Below the pieces are notes generated by a model. That model did no database searches. It worked only from the letters and a program-made list of their open reading frames with translations, and had not been told where the DNA came from. The position numbers and the translations under genes were made by a program. This document shows, in pieces, positions 63,264-64,000 of a stretch of 64,000 bases of DNA (position 1 is the stretch's first letter; each line of letters opens with the position of its first letter). Source of the DNA: Eledone cirrhosa (taxonomy: Eukaryota). The DNA is taken from the NCBI GenBank assembly GCA_964016885.1, contig OZ024742.1, positions 318,494,001 through 318,558,000 of the forward strand. Reading direction: 5' to 3'.

Positions 63264-64000
63264 AACCGTGATATTGTCGGGGAGAAGTGTATCCGTAATG
63301 ATAATGGTGTACTTGCGCTCACTGATACTGATAAGAAGATAGCCTGGAAGTGTCACTACGAGAGACTATTAAATGAGCAGAATAAATGAGAAAAAAATAG
63401 TCTGCCCCAAATCGATCCAATAGAAGGACCAGCGGTGCAAGTTAAAGGTAGTATAATAAGTAAAGCAATCAAAGATATGAAGACAGGCAAGGCAGCTGGG
63501 CCTTCGGAGATAGTTGCTGAGATGTTGAAGGCATCTGGTATGGTGGGACACACTATGGTCACCCGTATAGTTAACCAAGTAATACAGAATGGGGTTATAC
63601 CGAAAGACTGGCGTAGCAGCAGCATCATTAACTGCTACAAGGGTAAAGGGGATACTCTAGATAGGGGAAACTATAGAGGCATTAAGTTAGTTGACCAGGT
63701 CATGAAGGTCACAGAAAGAGTTATAGCGCAACTAATCAGAGAGCGAATTGATCTAGATGAAATGCAGTTCGGGTTTGTGTCAGGTAAAAGTACCACAGAC
63801 GCTCTTTTCCTTGTACGACAACTACAAGAGAAGTACCTAGCTAAAAGTAAACCCCTCTACTTAGCTTTTGTAGACCTGGAGAAAGCTTTTGACAGAGTCC
63901 CCCGTTCCATTATCTGGTGGGCTCTTAGAAAACTAGGTGTAGATGAATGGCTTGTGAGAGCTATACAAGCTATGTATAATGAAACAGTCAGTAAGGTTAA
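63264..64000 (+). mobile_element. RTE LINE subfamily B, second copy in tandem, runs off the window end
   Basis: NRDIVGEKC...KAAGPS...NYRGIKL...FVDLEKAFD, with one in-frame stop at about 63387. Confidence 0.9.

Overview
AT-rich, repeat-dense animal genomic DNA, most likely an octopod cephalopod. That assignment is inferred from the SINE families and the (TA)n/(GAT)n microsatellite density. One host gene is on the + strand: a class I Rab11 family-interacting protein (Rip11/RAB11FIP1/2/5-like) with an N-terminal C2 domain and a C-terminal FIP-RBD. I reconstructed 8 phase-compatible GT-AG exons plus 1 candidate cassette exon between 1747 and 48906; the first coding exon lies upstream of the window. 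The rest is intron or intergenic DNA packed with RTE-clade LINEs, CR1-like LINE fragments, several tRNA-derived SINE families, a deleted mariner, hAT/piggyBac/pogo-like MITEs and mini/microsatellites. Most notable: (1) a young RTE LINE family with a complete C4-H-C3 PHD finger inserted inside its reverse transcriptase, repeatedly found next to simple repeats; (2) Penelope-type minimal hammerhead ribozyme motifs on the minus strand, one with an intact core; (3) a decayed intron-containing tRNA-Lys(TTT); (4) a small foldback family embedded in (TA)n tracts. All calls come from reading the sequence by eye with no database searches, and repeat boundaries are approximate.
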